Assembly: GCA_963795685.1 (NCBI GenBank)
Contig: CAWCJE010000004.1
Coordinates: 45,437-109,436, forward strand
Direction: 5' to 3'
Length of the DNA: 64,000 bases
Source of the DNA: an uncultured Gammaproteobacteria bacterium
Lineage (GTDB): Bacteria > Pseudomonadota > Gammaproteobacteria > Steroidobacterales > Steroidobacteraceae
The notes below the pieces were generated by a model that was not told where the DNA came from, searched no databases, and saw only the letters and a program-made list of their open reading frames with translations. Both the position numbers and the translations under genes were made by a program. This document shows positions 1 through 9,952 of this stretch, in pieces; within the stretch, counting starts at the first letter, position 1; every line of letters starts with the position of its first letter.

Positions 1-842
1 ATCTCCCGGGAGTATTGCGCGGTGATGTGAACGCAAATCTTGTGTTGCAGCCATTCGACCGTCTTTACATCAAAGTGATCTCGGGCTGGACCGGGCAGGA
101 GCAAGTGAAGTTACTGGGAGAAGTGCGCTTTCCCGGCACCTACCCGATCAAGCGCGGGGAAACGCTGCGCGAAGTCCTTAAGCGCGCCGGTGGGCTCACT
201 GACCAGGCCTTCCCGGAGGGAGCGGTTTTCACCCGCAAGGATTTGCAGGAACGAGAACAGCAACAGCTTAACGTCCTCGCCGATCGGATGCAGAATGAGC
301 TCACGGCGAGCACTATGATGGCCGCACGGGGCGGCCAGGCGGGCGCCGGACAAGCCTACAGCCTCGGCCAGTCATTGCTCACACAGCTGAAGGCCGCCAA
401 GGCGGTAGGACGGCTGGTCATCGACATCGAGGCCGCGAAAAAGGCACCCGCGGATTCCGGCGGTGATGTGATCTTGCGTGATTCTGACATCCTTATGGTG
501 CCTAAGCGCAGCCAGGAAGTGACCGTCATCGGTGAAGTGCAGAACGCCACGTCTCATCTTTACCGCGGCGATCTGGATCGCGACGACTACATTGCCTTGA
601 GCGGTGGAGTCACCCGTCTGGCCGATTTCAGCAAAACTTACGTCGTACACGCCAATGGCAGCGTGGAGGCCAAAGCAGATCATTGGTGGGTGCCGCACGC
701 CGGACAAGCGCCGATACGCCCTGGCGATACGATCGTCGTGCCGTTGGATACGACACGGGCACCTGCATTGCCTACCTGGCTCGCGGTGACGCAGATTCTT
801 TACCAGATCGCCATCGCGGTTGCGGCGGTCCATTCGTTTTAG
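1..842 (+). CDS. polysaccharide export protein, Wza/Poly_export-SLBB family (5' end outside window)
   Basis: The frame is open from the window edge (ORF track 15..842). It has SLBB-like segments (GEVRFPGTYPIKRGETLREVLKRAGGL; GEVQNATSHLYRGDLDRDDYIALSGG). The hydrophobic C-terminal helix LPTWLAVTQILYQIAIAVAAV resembles Wza-type exporters. Confidence 0.75.
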   Translation, partial: LPGVLRGDVNANLVLQPFDRLYIKVISGWTGQEQVKLLGEVRFPGTYPIKRGETLREVLKRAGGLTDQAFPEGAVFTRKDLQEREQQQLNVLADRMQNELTASTMMAARGGQAGAGQAYSLGQSLLTQLKAAKAVGRLVIDIEAAKKAPADSGGDVILRDSDILMVPKRSQEVTVIGEVQNATSHLYRGDLDRDDYIALSGGVTRLADFSKTYVVHANGSVEAKADHWWVPHAGQAPIRPGDTIVVPLDTTRAPALPTWLAVTQILYQIAIAVAAVHSF

Positions 843-910
843 TAATGGATTGATCGCCAGATCACTGAGGCGACCTTTCAGTACAACAACCTTCGGCCAT
901 CGGGAAATCC

Positions 911-1963
911 ATGACAGGAACAATCACTGGCCGCAAGGTCCGTTTCGCGCTCGTCGGGTGTGGCCGAATATCGCAGAACCATATTGGAGCCATTAAGTCT
1001 CACGCTGATCGATGCGAGCTGGTGGATGTTTGCGATTCAATAGACGAGCGCGTGGCGGAGGCGGCAAAAGTCACAGGGGCACGCGCGCATCGCGATTTGA
1101 CAGAATTGTTGAAGCACACAACTGCGGATTGCGTAATTTTGGCCTCGCCCTCTGGCCTGCACTCGTCGCAGGCGATCCAAGTCGCGCGTTCCGGCAGACA
1201 CGTCATGACGGAAAAACCGATGGCCACACGGTGGCAGGATGGCCTGGAAATGGTGCGGGCCTGCGACGAAGCGGGCGTTCGTCTCTTCGTGGTCAAACAG
1301 AACAGACGCAATCCAACACTGCAGCTGCTCAAATCGGCCATCGAAGGCAAGCGATTTGGGCGGATATACCTAGTAAGCATAAATGTCTTCTGGACGCGCC
1401 CTCCGGAGTACTACACAAGCGCCAAATGGAGAGGTACGTGGGAATTTGATGGGGGCGCCTTCATGAACCAGGCAAGTCATTACGTTGACCTGCTGGACTG
1501 GCTGATCGGTCCGGTGGAGAGCGTGATGGCTTATACCGGTACTCTGGCGCGCAATATTGAGGTCGAGGACACGGGCGTAGCGGCATTGAAATGGAGAAAT
1601 GGCGCGATGGGCTCGATAAACGTGACGATGCTTACTTATCCTAAAAATCTGGAGGGTTCGATAACCATCCTTGGCGAGCGCGGTACGGTAAAGATCGGTG
1701 GAGTTGCAGTCAACGAAATTCAACATTGGGAATTCGCCGTGCCGGATCCGATCGACGAGCAGATAAGCGCCGCAAACTATGAGACCACATCCGTTTACGG
1801 CTTTGGCCACCCACTCTATTACGACAACGTCATTCGAACATTGCGCGGTGACACAGAAGCTGAGACCGACGGGCGCGAGGGCTTAAGATCTCTCGAGCTG
1901 TTAATAGCAATGTATAAATCTGCTCGCGATGGCAGCCGTATTAATTTGCCATTGGAATATTGA
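911..1963 (+). CDS. Gfo/Idh/MocA oxidoreductase, WbpB/WlbA-like (UDP-GlcNAcA 3-dehydrogenase type)
   Basis: N-terminal Rossmann segment RFALVGCGRISQNHIGAI, an EKPMA motif, and WRGTWEFDGGAFMNQASHYVDLLDWLIG, typical of the sugar-nucleotide oxidoreductase subgroup. It sits next to the acetyltransferase and epimerase. Confidence 0.7.
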   Translation: MTGTITGRKVRFALVGCGRISQNHIGAIKSHADRCELVDVCDSIDERVAEAAKVTGARAHRDLTELLKHTTADCVILASPSGLHSSQAIQVARSGRHVMTEKPMATRWQDGLEMVRACDEAGVRLFVVKQNRRNPTLQLLKSAIEGKRFGRIYLVSINVFWTRPPEYYTSAKWRGTWEFDGGAFMNQASHYVDLLDWLIGPVESVMAYTGTLARNIEVEDTGVAALKWRNGAMGSINVTMLTYPKNLEGSITILGERGTVKIGGVAVNEIQHWEFAVPDPIDEQISAANYETTSVYGFGHPLYYDNVIRTLRGDTEAETDGREGLRSLELLIAMYKSARDGSRINLPLEY

Positions 1964-1969
1964 GCCGCC

Positions 1970-2560
1970 GTGGCTTTCCCGACAATTCAGGCGACAGCGA
2001 TTGTAGATCCGGGAGCCACGCTAGGCGAAGATACCCGAGTCTGGCATTTCGCGCATATTTGTTCCGGCGCCCGCATCGGCGCAAGGTGCTCGCTGGGGCA
2101 GAATGTCTATGTCGGTAATGACGTAGTTATAGGTGACAACGTCAAAATTCAAAACAACGTCTCGGTTTTCGACGCCGTGACCCTGGGCGATGACGTTTTC
2201 TGTGGTCCCAGCATGGTATTCACAAATGTCTACAATCCGCGGGCCGCAGTTGTCCGCAAGAGCGAGTTCCGGCGCACCTTGGTGCAGCGTGGGGCGACCC
2301 TCGGGGCTAATTGCACGATTGTCTGCGGTGTCACCATCGGCGCCTACGCGTTCGTGGGTGCTGGTGCGGTTATAAATCGAGATGTGCCGGATTTCGCAAT
2401 TGTGGTGGGGGTTCCGGGGCGCCGCATCGGCTGGATGAGCAGGCATGGGGAGCGCCTGGATTTGCCTACGCAAGGAACGGGTAAGGCAACTTGTAGGGTC
2501 ACCGGTGAAAAGTACGTGTTGGACGGCGAACACTGCGCTCTTGTGGGCGCTTTGTCGTGA
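1970..2560 (+). CDS. left-handed beta-helix (hexapeptide) N-acetyltransferase, WbpD/WlbB-like
   Basis: Hexapeptide repeats throughout ([32 protein letters not shown]...). Its stop overlaps the next gene's start. Confidence 0.75.
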   Translation: MAFPTIQATAIVDPGATLGEDTRVWHFAHICSGARIGARCSLGQNVYVGNDVVIGDNVKIQNNVSVFDAVTLGDDVFCGPSMVFTNVYNPRAAVVRKSEFRRTLVQRGATLGANCTIVCGVTIGAYAFVGAGAVINRDVPDFAIVVGVPGRRIGWMSRHGERLDLPTQGTGKATCRVTGEKYVLDGEHCALVGALS

Positions 2561-3690
2561 CGGACGGGCGAGCACGCACGGTCAGCGTTGTCGGGGCGCG
2601 ACCTCAATTTGTGAAGCTCTCGCCCGTGGCGGAAGCAATGCGGCGCTCCGAAAAGCCGTTTGATGATTTTATCGTACATACCGGTCAACACTACGACGAC
2701 GAGATGTCCAAGGTTTTTTTCGATGAATTGGGCATACCACGCGCGTCGATCAATCTTGCGGTTGGCTCCGGATCTCACGGTGCACAAACCGCCAGGATGC
2801 TTGAAGGTGTTGAATCCTGCTTGATCAAGTGGAATCCCGACGCGGTTATTGTCTACGGCGATACAAACTCCACGTTGGCTGGCGCGCTCGCAGCTTCAAA
2901 GCTTCATATTCCGGTCGCGCACATAGAGGCTGGTCTGCGCAGCTTCAATCGACGGATGCCCGAGGAATTGAATCGCATCGCAGTTGATCACCTGTCCGAT
3001 GATCTATGCGCGCCGACCAAGACTGCAATGGACAATCTCAGGAATGAGGGCCTGCAGGCGCGTGCTACGCTTACGGGCGATGTCATGTACGATGCGGTGA
3101 TTAGTTTCGCGCGGAAGGCCGCAATCGAGTCCCGGATTCTTGCGACTTTGGGGCTAAGTGCTAACTCTTATATGGTGGCGACGCTCCACCGCGCCGAAAA
3201 TACCGCGGTCCACGAGCTCGGGCGCCTGTTACAGGCAATCAATACAGCTGCTTCGCGTTTCGGGCGCATTGTCCTGCCCATGCATCCACGTACCGCCGCC
3301 GTCCTTAAGGCCGAATTCAATAGCTGGCAGCCAGTTAAAAACCTTACCGTCGTCGGCCCTGTGGGCTATCTCGACATGTTGGCGCTCCTACAGAGTGCTC
3401 GCTGCGTTTTGACCGACTCGGGCGGCCTACAGAAGGAGGCCTTTTTCCTGGGCCGCGCGTGTGTGACACTCCGCGGAGAGACTGAGTGGATCGAAACGCT
3501 AGTTGAGGATGCCAACCGCATTGCCGGCAATGATGGGGCAGGACTCCTTGCAGCCCTGGAAGTGATTTTCGGAAGGGATTCCCCGCTGCCTAGGGAACCG
3601 CAATTGGGCCGCACGGGCCCGTTTGGAGATGGGCGCGCGGCTGAGCGTATTGTCGAGCGAATCAGCAAACTATGTGAGTCGAGACAATGA
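2557..3690 (+). CDS. UDP-N-acetylglucosamine 2-epimerase family (non-hydrolysing; WbpI/WlbD/WecB type)
   Basis: [15 protein letters not shown]-terminus, [28 protein letters not shown] and DSGGLQKEA motifs of the Epimerase_2 family. Confidence 0.85.
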   Translation: MTDGRARTVSVVGARPQFVKLSPVAEAMRRSEKPFDDFIVHTGQHYDDEMSKVFFDELGIPRASINLAVGSGSHGAQTARMLEGVESCLIKWNPDAVIVYGDTNSTLAGALAASKLHIPVAHIEAGLRSFNRRMPEELNRIAVDHLSDDLCAPTKTAMDNLRNEGLQARATLTGDVMYDAVISFARKAAIESRILATLGLSANSYMVATLHRAENTAVHELGRLLQAINTAASRFGRIVLPMHPRTAAVLKAEFNSWQPVKNLTVVGPVGYLDMLALLQSARCVLTDSGGLQKEAFFLGRACVTLRGETEWIETLVEDANRIAGNDGAGLLAALEVIFGRDSPLPREPQLGRTGPFGDGRAAERIVERISKLCESRQ

Positions 3691-4562
3691 CCGAGTATCG
3701 AGATGAAAATGGGCGAGGCCTGAGCCTAGTTGCTTCGTGGAAGTTCCTGCGACGTAACCTTGCGGTAATCTCAATCAGCGTGGTTGTCGTCACTGCTTTG
3801 GCGGTGCTAATTGCCTTTACGCTGACACCAAAATATCGCGCTGAGGTTGTGATTTCGCCCGCAGAGAGTCCGTCCGGGTTGGGTCAACTTGGCGGTCAAC
3901 TTGGGGACCTCGCATCATTGGCCGGCATCAATATAGGGTCCGGAGGGAATAGGAAGTCAGAGGAAGCCTTGGAATATCTGCGTTCCCGAGTATTTACTGC
4001 AGGCTTCATCAATCGCCATGGGCTGCTGCCGGTTCTATTCTCAAAAAATTGGGATATGCAGCGTGGCCAGTGGCGTGACAAAGATCATGTTCCGACGATT
4101 TCCGAGGGAGTTAGAAAATTCTCCGACAAGGTTAGGGAAATTGCCGAGGATCGGCGCACTGGAATCATAACAGTCGCAATAGTCTGGTCGGATCCAAAGG
4201 TGGCCGCAGATTGGGCGAACCTTCTGATTACCGACGCGGATGCCGAACTGCGCGCGAGGGCAATTGCTGAGCAGACCCGCAGCATTAATTACCTGGAGAA
4301 GGAGGCGCAGACAACGCCCGACCTCGACATACGTTCGACGGTATATAAGGTCATGGAGAGTGAACTAAAGAACGCAATGCTCGCGCGGACTCGAGACGCC
4401 TATGCCTTTAAGATAATAGATCCCGCAATGGTCCGGGACCTGCGCGATCGTGACAGTCCAAACAGGCCGCTTGTTGTGCTACTTGGCCTCTTCGTGGGCG
4501 CCATAGTGGGTGTAATCGCCGCAGCAGCGCTTGGCCACCGCTCCGTGCGGCACAAGCCATAG
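3687..4562 (+). CDS. Wzz-type chain-length determinant (PCP) protein
   Basis: N-terminal TM (AVISISVVVVTALAVLIAFTL) followed by PKYRAEVVISP, a soluble middle region, and a C-terminal TM (LVVLLGLFVGAIVGVIAAAAL). The location supports the call. Confidence 0.7.
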   Translation: MTEYRDENGRGLSLVASWKFLRRNLAVISISVVVVTALAVLIAFTLTPKYRAEVVISPAESPSGLGQLGGQLGDLASLAGINIGSGGNRKSEEALEYLRSRVFTAGFINRHGLLPVLFSKNWDMQRGQWRDKDHVPTISEGVRKFSDKVREIAEDRRTGIITVAIVWSDPKVAADWANLLITDADAELRARAIAEQTRSINYLEKEAQTTPDLDIRSTVYKVMESELKNAMLARTRDAYAFKIIDPAMVRDLRDRDSPNRPLVVLLGLFVGAIVGVIAAAALGHRSVRHKP

Positions 4563-4571
4563 CGCATCCCA

Positions 4572-5873
4572 ATGTTGCCAGTGGACTACGTGCATGCGAC
4601 GTTGCTTGTCGGCGTTGCGCTATACATATGGGGCCGCGAGCCGCCGCGACTCTTGATGACGCCGCTGATGCTGATGTCATTCTTTGTGCTTTATGGCGCT
4701 GGCAATGTCATTTATTTCAAGGGTGCGCAAACCATACCTGGTGTACATGAGGCGGTAGTCACAAGTCTGGTCCTCATGTGGATATGTTTGATTGCAGGTA
4801 TTGAGCTAGCGCGTATTTGCGCTCAGCCCTTGTATGCGCGATTCCAGCAGGTAACGCGTGGCTGGAGAAGCGCGCGAATAGTCGATCGAAGCGATGGAGA
4901 CAACCTGCTAATCGGGATTGGTATCGCGACCACTCTCTATTTGATCGGGGTTTTCATCTATCTGCACAAACCGTCGCAGCTAAGTGAATTCGTGTCGTTG
5001 CAATCGGTATCCGATAAGGCCAAATACCGACACGACTTCGGCGCAGAAGGAGGCTATCTATACCAAACGTTGCTTGCGTGCGTGGCGCCATTTCTGAGCT
5101 TTCTTTTGCTAGTGAAAGGCATTTCGATCAGGAAGCCAACATTTCTTTGGCTTGCATTGATAATGGGCGCCGTAATTCTCGCTGGAAAGGTAGGTACGTT
5201 CCAAAAATCTCCGTGGGTAGTGTATCTGTTGCAACTGATTGCAGTGTGGCAGTTGATGCGCGGACTTGAATTTGGACTGGGGCGGATCCTGATACTTTCG
5301 GTGGTCACGATTGCAGGCGTTGTGTTGGCGGTAATGATAGCGCTGCCTCAAATTGAAGGGGCCGACATATTGGAATGGTTGGGTTACCGGTTTTTTGAGG
5401 TCAATAACGAAGGCATTTATCAAACGTTCTATGTCTATCCGCACTATTTGCCGCATACCTGGGGAATGAATATCGGATTGATCCACGCGATATTCGGAAG
5501 CGGGGATCTGGTTCCAGCATACAGCCGCGTCGCGAGTGCCTTTGGTGCGCAGGAGGCCACATTTGACGTGGTATTTATTGGCGATGCTTGGGTGGACTTT
5601 TCCTACGGTGGCGTTATCGTGATTTCCTTGATCGTAGGGTTTGTTGTAAAAACCTTGGATGTCTTTGCAATGAACATTGGGAAAACGCCGGTCACGATTG
5701 CATTGCTTGGGAGCGGGTTGTACGGCGTGTTCCAATTGCAGGTCAACTCAGCGTTTACCGCATTTTTATCGGGAGGATTGCTGATCATACCTCTGGTGAC
5801 ACTTGCGTCGATAGCACTCATGAATGACATGTCCCGTCCCGCCGGCGGATGGGACGAAAGGCCAACTTCGTGA
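4572..5873 (+). CDS. polytopic membrane protein, candidate O-antigen/EPS polymerase (Wzy-like)
   Basis: About 10 or more hydrophobic segments, the lowest GC in the island, and a position between wzz and the sugar-modification genes. No diagnostic motif was recognised. Confidence 0.45.
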   Translation: MLPVDYVHATLLVGVALYIWGREPPRLLMTPLMLMSFFVLYGAGNVIYFKGAQTIPGVHEAVVTSLVLMWICLIAGIELARICAQPLYARFQQVTRGWRSARIVDRSDGDNLLIGIGIATTLYLIGVFIYLHKPSQLSEFVSLQSVSDKAKYRHDFGAEGGYLYQTLLACVAPFLSFLLLVKGISIRKPTFLWLALIMGAVILAGKVGTFQKSPWVVYLLQLIAVWQLMRGLEFGLGRILILSVVTIAGVVLAVMIALPQIEGADILEWLGYRFFEVNNEGIYQTFYVYPHYLPHTWGMNIGLIHAIFGSGDLVPAYSRVASAFGAQEATFDVVFIGDAWVDFSYGGVIVISLIVGFVVKTLDVFAMNIGKTPVTIALLGSGLYGVFQLQVNSAFTAFLSGGLLIIPLVTLASIALMNDMSRPAGGWDERPTS

Positions 5874-6481
5874 GTACCGTAGCCATCGTCAACTATGGCA
5901 TCGGCAATGGCGGTTCGATAACCAACATGTTTCGGAAGCTACGCCGCCAGGCAGAACTGGTTTCCAGTCCCGAGCAGGTAATCGCGGCCCAGCATCTGGT
6001 GTTGCCAGGAGTCGGATCGTTTGATGCATGCATGGCTGCGCTGAATAAATCTGGGCTTCGCGACGCAGTATTACAGTATTCGGTCTCGGGACGCCCACTG
6101 CTTGGAATTTGCGTTGGCATGCAAATGCTGACTTTGGGAAGCGAAGAGGGTAACTCATCAGGGCTGGGTATCGTCCGAGCTTATGCGAAACGCATCAAAT
6201 CAACCCCGGAACTGCGGGTTCCTCACATAGGTTGGGATACCGTACGGTGGCAGATGCCAAATCATCCACTAAGTAAAAACTTACTCGATGATAACCGTTT
6301 TTATTTCGTGCATTCATATTGTGTCATATGTGAATCGGCGGCAAATTCCCTGGCAACCTGTACATACGGAGAAGAATTTTCGGCGGCAATAGTCCGAGAG
6401 AATATTGCCGGAGTTCAATTTCATCCCGAGAAAAGCCACAGGTTCGGTTTGCAACTCCTGGATAATTTCAGTAACGCATGA
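5849..6481 (+). CDS. hisH: HisH-like glutamine amidotransferase subunit (glycan-cluster paralogue)
   Basis: VAIVNYGIGNGGS, GVGSFD, LGICVGMQML (nucleophile Cys) and VQFHPEKS motifs. The likely true start is the GTG at 5870, which overlaps the upstream stop. Confidence 0.85.
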   Translation: MGRKANFVSTVAIVNYGIGNGGSITNMFRKLRRQAELVSSPEQVIAAQHLVLPGVGSFDACMAALNKSGLRDAVLQYSVSGRPLLGICVGMQMLTLGSEEGNSSGLGIVRAYAKRIKSTPELRVPHIGWDTVRWQMPNHPLSKNLLDDNRFYFVHSYCVICESAANSLATCTYGEEFSAAIVRENIAGVQFHPEKSHRFGLQLLDNFSNA

Positions 6482-7248
6482 ATTCGCTGCGGCCCCGGGT
6501 TATTCCCTGTCTACAATATTCCGCCGGCGAATTGCTGAAGACGCAGCGCTTCAAGGACGCCGTGTATCTTGGAGACCCGATAAACGCTGTAAAGGTTTTT
6601 AACGACCTGGAGTGTGACGAGCTGGTCATAGTCGATATCAGAGCAACACTCGAGAGCCGAGTACCAGACTACGTAATGATCGAGGAATTTGCCACGGAAG
6701 CTTTCATGCCTTTGACATACGGCGGCGGCATCACCACTGTTGAACAGGTCAGAACGATATTGTCGATCGGCATTGAAAAAGTTGTGATCGGTACGGCGGC
6801 CATGGACGATCGCCTGATCGCTGATGCGGCGTCAATATTCGGCTCGCAAAGCGTTGTTGCTGCAGTCGATGTGAAGAAATCGCTTTTCGGTCGACAAGAT
6901 GTATGGGTTCGGAGTGGAACAACCAATACCGGCGTCGACCCGCGAACTTTCGCGGTGCGAATGCAGGACATGGGTGCTGGAGAGCTATTCGTGCAGTCTA
7001 TTGACCTGGAAGGTTCGCGTTCGGGCTATGATATAGCGCTGATGAAGGAAGTTAGCGCGGCGGTTAGCATCCCGGTGATCGCTTGTGGGGGCGCCGGCAG
7101 CCTCGAAGACATAAAGCGGCTATTTGTCTCCACCGCGGCAGCGGCGGCGGCCGCGGGGACCATGTTTGTGCTGCACGGCAAACATAAGGCGCCCCTAATT
7201 AGCTACCCGCGCCCCGGCGAAATAGCTTTGCTAAGCACTCGCACTTAA
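6478..7248 (+). CDS. hisF: HisF-like cyclase/ammonia-channel subunit (glycan-cluster paralogue)
   Basis: RVIPCLQY..., DELVIVDI, TYGGGI and ACGGAGSLEDI motifs of the HisA/HisF barrel. It overlaps the hisH-like stop. Confidence 0.85.
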   Translation: MNSLRPRVIPCLQYSAGELLKTQRFKDAVYLGDPINAVKVFNDLECDELVIVDIRATLESRVPDYVMIEEFATEAFMPLTYGGGITTVEQVRTILSIGIEKVVIGTAAMDDRLIADAASIFGSQSVVAAVDVKKSLFGRQDVWVRSGTTNTGVDPRTFAVRMQDMGAGELFVQSIDLEGSRSGYDIALMKEVSAAVSIPVIACGGAGSLEDIKRLFVSTAAAAAAAGTMFVLHGKHKAPLISYPRPGEIALLSTRT

Positions 7249-7258
7249 GAGCAATGAA

Positions 7259-8392
7259 ATGATGGTTCCCTACAGAATCTGCACTCGCTGCATTATGGAC
7301 ACCACCGATCCGGAGATTACCTTCGACGATGCAGGTAGATGCAATCATTGCACGACCTATCTGGCACGTCCGGCTGTCTACAATCTACCGATTGAGACAC
7401 GCACTCAGCAATTGGCGGCGATTGTGGATGTAATGAAGCGCAATGGCCATGGGAAACCCTACGATTGCATTATCGGGGTCAGCGGTGGAGTGGACTCGAG
7501 CTTTCTGGCAATCAAAGCCAAGGAGCTCGGCCTGCGTCCGTTAGCGGTGCATGTGGATAATGGATGGAACTCTGAGAAGGCCGTCGGCAACATTAAAAGA
7601 ATCCTGGACCCGTTGCAGATTGATCTGTCGACGCTGGTACTCAATTGGAAGGAGTTTCGGGAGCTGCAACTGGCCTTTTTACGGGCCTCTACCCCCGATT
7701 CAGAGATTCCCTCAGACCATGCCATCGTCGCCTCGTTTTATGCCGCATGCAAACGGCATGGCGTGGGCTATTGCGTCAACGGAATCAATATGAGGACCGA
7801 GGGGATCCATGTTCGGCAGTGGTCGCAGGGGCACCTCGACAGCCGTTACATTCGCAGCGTCTACAAGCTGTTCACCGGCAAAAACCTCCGACAGTTCCCC
7901 TTAATTCCAGTATCCACGCTGGTGTCCAATATTGTGCTGCATAGGCCCAGAAACGTCTTCATGCTCGACTACCTGGAATACGACAAGTTGGCAGCCAAGC
8001 GATTGTTGATGGAAAAATTCGGGTGGGAAGACTACGGCGGCAAACACTACGAATCGGTATATACGAAGTTCTATCAAGGCTGGATTCTTCCGCACAAATT
8101 TGGGTACGACAAGCGCCGAATGCATCTATCCTCTCTAATTTGCTGCGGACAAATGACCCGCGAGGAAGCGATTGCCGAAGTCTCCACCCCTGCCTATCCA
8201 CCGGAACTGGTGGAATCGGACAAGGCATTCGTTGCGAAAAAGCTGGGGATTTCCAGCGCCGAATTTGACTCTATTATGGCGCTTCCAAAGAAGACTTACG
8301 CCGACTATCCCAACCTCCAAAACCATTGGATATTTGGTCGCGGCATAGATCTATTCCGGTTTCTCAAATACAAATTACACTGGGTTAGTTAA
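7259..8392 (+). CDS. N-acetyl sugar amidotransferase (WbpG/WbuX/PseA family, PP-loop)
   Basis: N-terminal Cys cluster CTRCIMDTTDPEITFDDAGRCNHC and the PP-loop GVSGGVDSS. It lies immediately after the hisH/hisF paralogues. Confidence 0.8.
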   Translation: MMVPYRICTRCIMDTTDPEITFDDAGRCNHCTTYLARPAVYNLPIETRTQQLAAIVDVMKRNGHGKPYDCIIGVSGGVDSSFLAIKAKELGLRPLAVHVDNGWNSEKAVGNIKRILDPLQIDLSTLVLNWKEFRELQLAFLRASTPDSEIPSDHAIVASFYAACKRHGVGYCVNGINMRTEGIHVRQWSQGHLDSRYIRSVYKLFTGKNLRQFPLIPVSTLVSNIVLHRPRNVFMLDYLEYDKLAAKRLLMEKFGWEDYGGKHYESVYTKFYQGWILPHKFGYDKRRMHLSSLICCGQMTREEAIAEVSTPAYPPELVESDKAFVAKKLGISSAEFDSIMALPKKTYADYPNLQNHWIFGRGIDLFRFLKYKLHWVS

Positions 8393-8401
8393 TCTCTCAC
8401 G

Positions 8402-9886
8402 ATGGCCACAAATGTGGTATCGCGCGCAGCCGGGATTGGGGCGCTCAGCGCCGCAGGCCAACTGATCATAATTGGCTCGCTTCCGGCCTATTCCAGGTTA
8501 TTTGATCCGGCAACGTACGGTGAGTACCTGATATTTGTGGGCGCGGCGGGTGTACTCAGTGTTTTCGCGGGCGTTAGATATGACTCCGCGATAGTTCTGC
8601 CGCGTAATGATCGTATTGCGAGTTTCCTAACCGGCTTGGTAATGGTACTTGCGCTGGTGATCGGAGTATTAATCGCGGGTGCGACGCTATTTTCACGAGC
8701 CAGCGAATGGGGTCCCGCGCGGTGGCTGGCGGGTGCCCAAGAAGTCGGATATGCCCTGTCGGTCGCAACTATTATTGGCGCTGCGCAGCGTTGCCTGTCG
8801 AGTTGGTGCATTCGGGGTGGCCATTTTCTCGCGATGGGAGTCGGGATTTTTGTGCTGTGTTTGGTAACGGTTGTCGCGCAACTTTCGTTTGCGCATGTGC
8901 TAAGCCAGCGTGGAGCACTAGTTTGGGGCTATACCTGCGCTTTGGGATGTCAGACCGCTTGGCTCGCACTGGCGACATGGCGAGGCAACTATCAGAGTTG
9001 GGGTCGTCAGGCAAGTATTCGCGGAATGAGGCTTGTTGCCTACAAATACCGAAGATTTCCGATGTATATGGTCGGGTACGCGCTAGCGTCGTCCGCGCGC
9101 GATCGCCTAATTCAGATTGTGCTTGGGATCGGCGCGGGCGCCGCTGTAGTCGGACGGTTTGGGTTGGCATATCGAGTCGCTTTTGCGCCGAACTCGCTCA
9201 TATACAATGCCGTGTCACCGGTGTTCTATTCGATCGCGAGCCGAGGAAATCGCACTATCGTCGGTCGGTTTGCCGCAAGTTTGGTCGAGGCGTCGTTTGT
9301 GGTGCTGGTGGTGCCTTACGTTGCGTTCGCACTGGAAGCGCCATTGATGACCGACCGATTACTGTCTGACAAGTGGCACGGTACAGGCCCGTTTTTTCAA
9401 GCGTTGGCAGGCCCGGCGCTGCTACTCGCAGTTACTTGTTGGCTGGACAGAGCTTTTGACTCATTTAGGCGGCAAAATGCGGCGTTGTGCCTAGAGGCTT
9501 CCTTCACATTTGTATCGGTCGGGTTAGTCGCATTCATATCGCGGTCAATGGAGCCTGTGTCCATTGCTTGGGTCTATGGAGTTATAGCCGTCATTTACTA
9601 CTGGATTTATTTTCTAACGACATTTGTGGCATGCGAATTCCCGCTTGCCGATTTTCGTCGTGCCTGCATGACGGGATTGTTCGCACTGGTTGCCGCCTTG
9701 GGGATCGGCAGCATCGTTCACCTTATACCAAACTTAGCGCTTAGGCTCGCGGCGTATCTGCTGGTAATGGTAATTGTAATTTGTTCATGGTTTAGAATCC
9801 GAGACGGTGCGGCTACAGTACGTTTACTTATGCAATCGCACGACGACTCTCCTGGCGTTGATTCCTTAACGACTGCCGAAATGTAG
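8402..9886 (+). CDS. Wzx-type oligosaccharide flippase (MOP superfamily)
   Basis: Polytopic protein of 494 aa. The N-terminus (LIIIGSLPAYSRLFDPATYGEYLIFVGAAGVLSVFAGVRYDSAIVLPRND) is typical of polysaccharide-biosynthesis flippases. Confidence 0.7.
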   Translation: MATNVVSRAAGIGALSAAGQLIIIGSLPAYSRLFDPATYGEYLIFVGAAGVLSVFAGVRYDSAIVLPRNDRIASFLTGLVMVLALVIGVLIAGATLFSRASEWGPARWLAGAQEVGYALSVATIIGAAQRCLSSWCIRGGHFLAMGVGIFVLCLVTVVAQLSFAHVLSQRGALVWGYTCALGCQTAWLALATWRGNYQSWGRQASIRGMRLVAYKYRRFPMYMVGYALASSARDRLIQIVLGIGAGAAVVGRFGLAYRVAFAPNSLIYNAVSPVFYSIASRGNRTIVGRFAASLVEASFVVLVVPYVAFALEAPLMTDRLLSDKWHGTGPFFQALAGPALLLAVTCWLDRAFDSFRRQNAALCLEASFTFVSVGLVAFISRSMEPVSIAWVYGVIAVIYYWIYFLTTFVACEFPLADFRRACMTGLFALVAALGIGSIVHLIPNLALRLAAYLLVMVIVICSWFRIRDGAATVRLLMQSHDDSPGVDSLTTAEM

Positions 9887-9952
9887 GAGTCAAATGCGCG
9901 CGAAGTTGAATACAGAGGTCCGGTTCGGCAACCTCTATCAAAGGGATGAGCA

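Noticed and set aside
401-408. GGCGGTAG, the ops/JUMPStart core for RfaH-dependent antitermination.
   Set aside because: It lies inside the coding sequence of the export gene (codons AAG GCG GTA GGA), not in a 5' leader. An 8-mer is expected by chance in about 128 kb of two-stranded GC-rich sequence.
7135-7160. The alanine run (STAAAAAAAGT) in the HisF-like protein as a possible slippage or phase-variation tract.
   Set aside because: It is encoded by mixed GCA/GCG/GCC codons rather than a pure short tandem repeat, so slipped-strand variation is unlikely.
5849-7248. hisH/hisF as part of a histidine biosynthesis operon.
   Set aside because: No other his genes are adjacent. They are embedded in a glycan cluster next to a WbpG-type amidotransferase, the known context for glycan-specific HisH/HisF paralogues.
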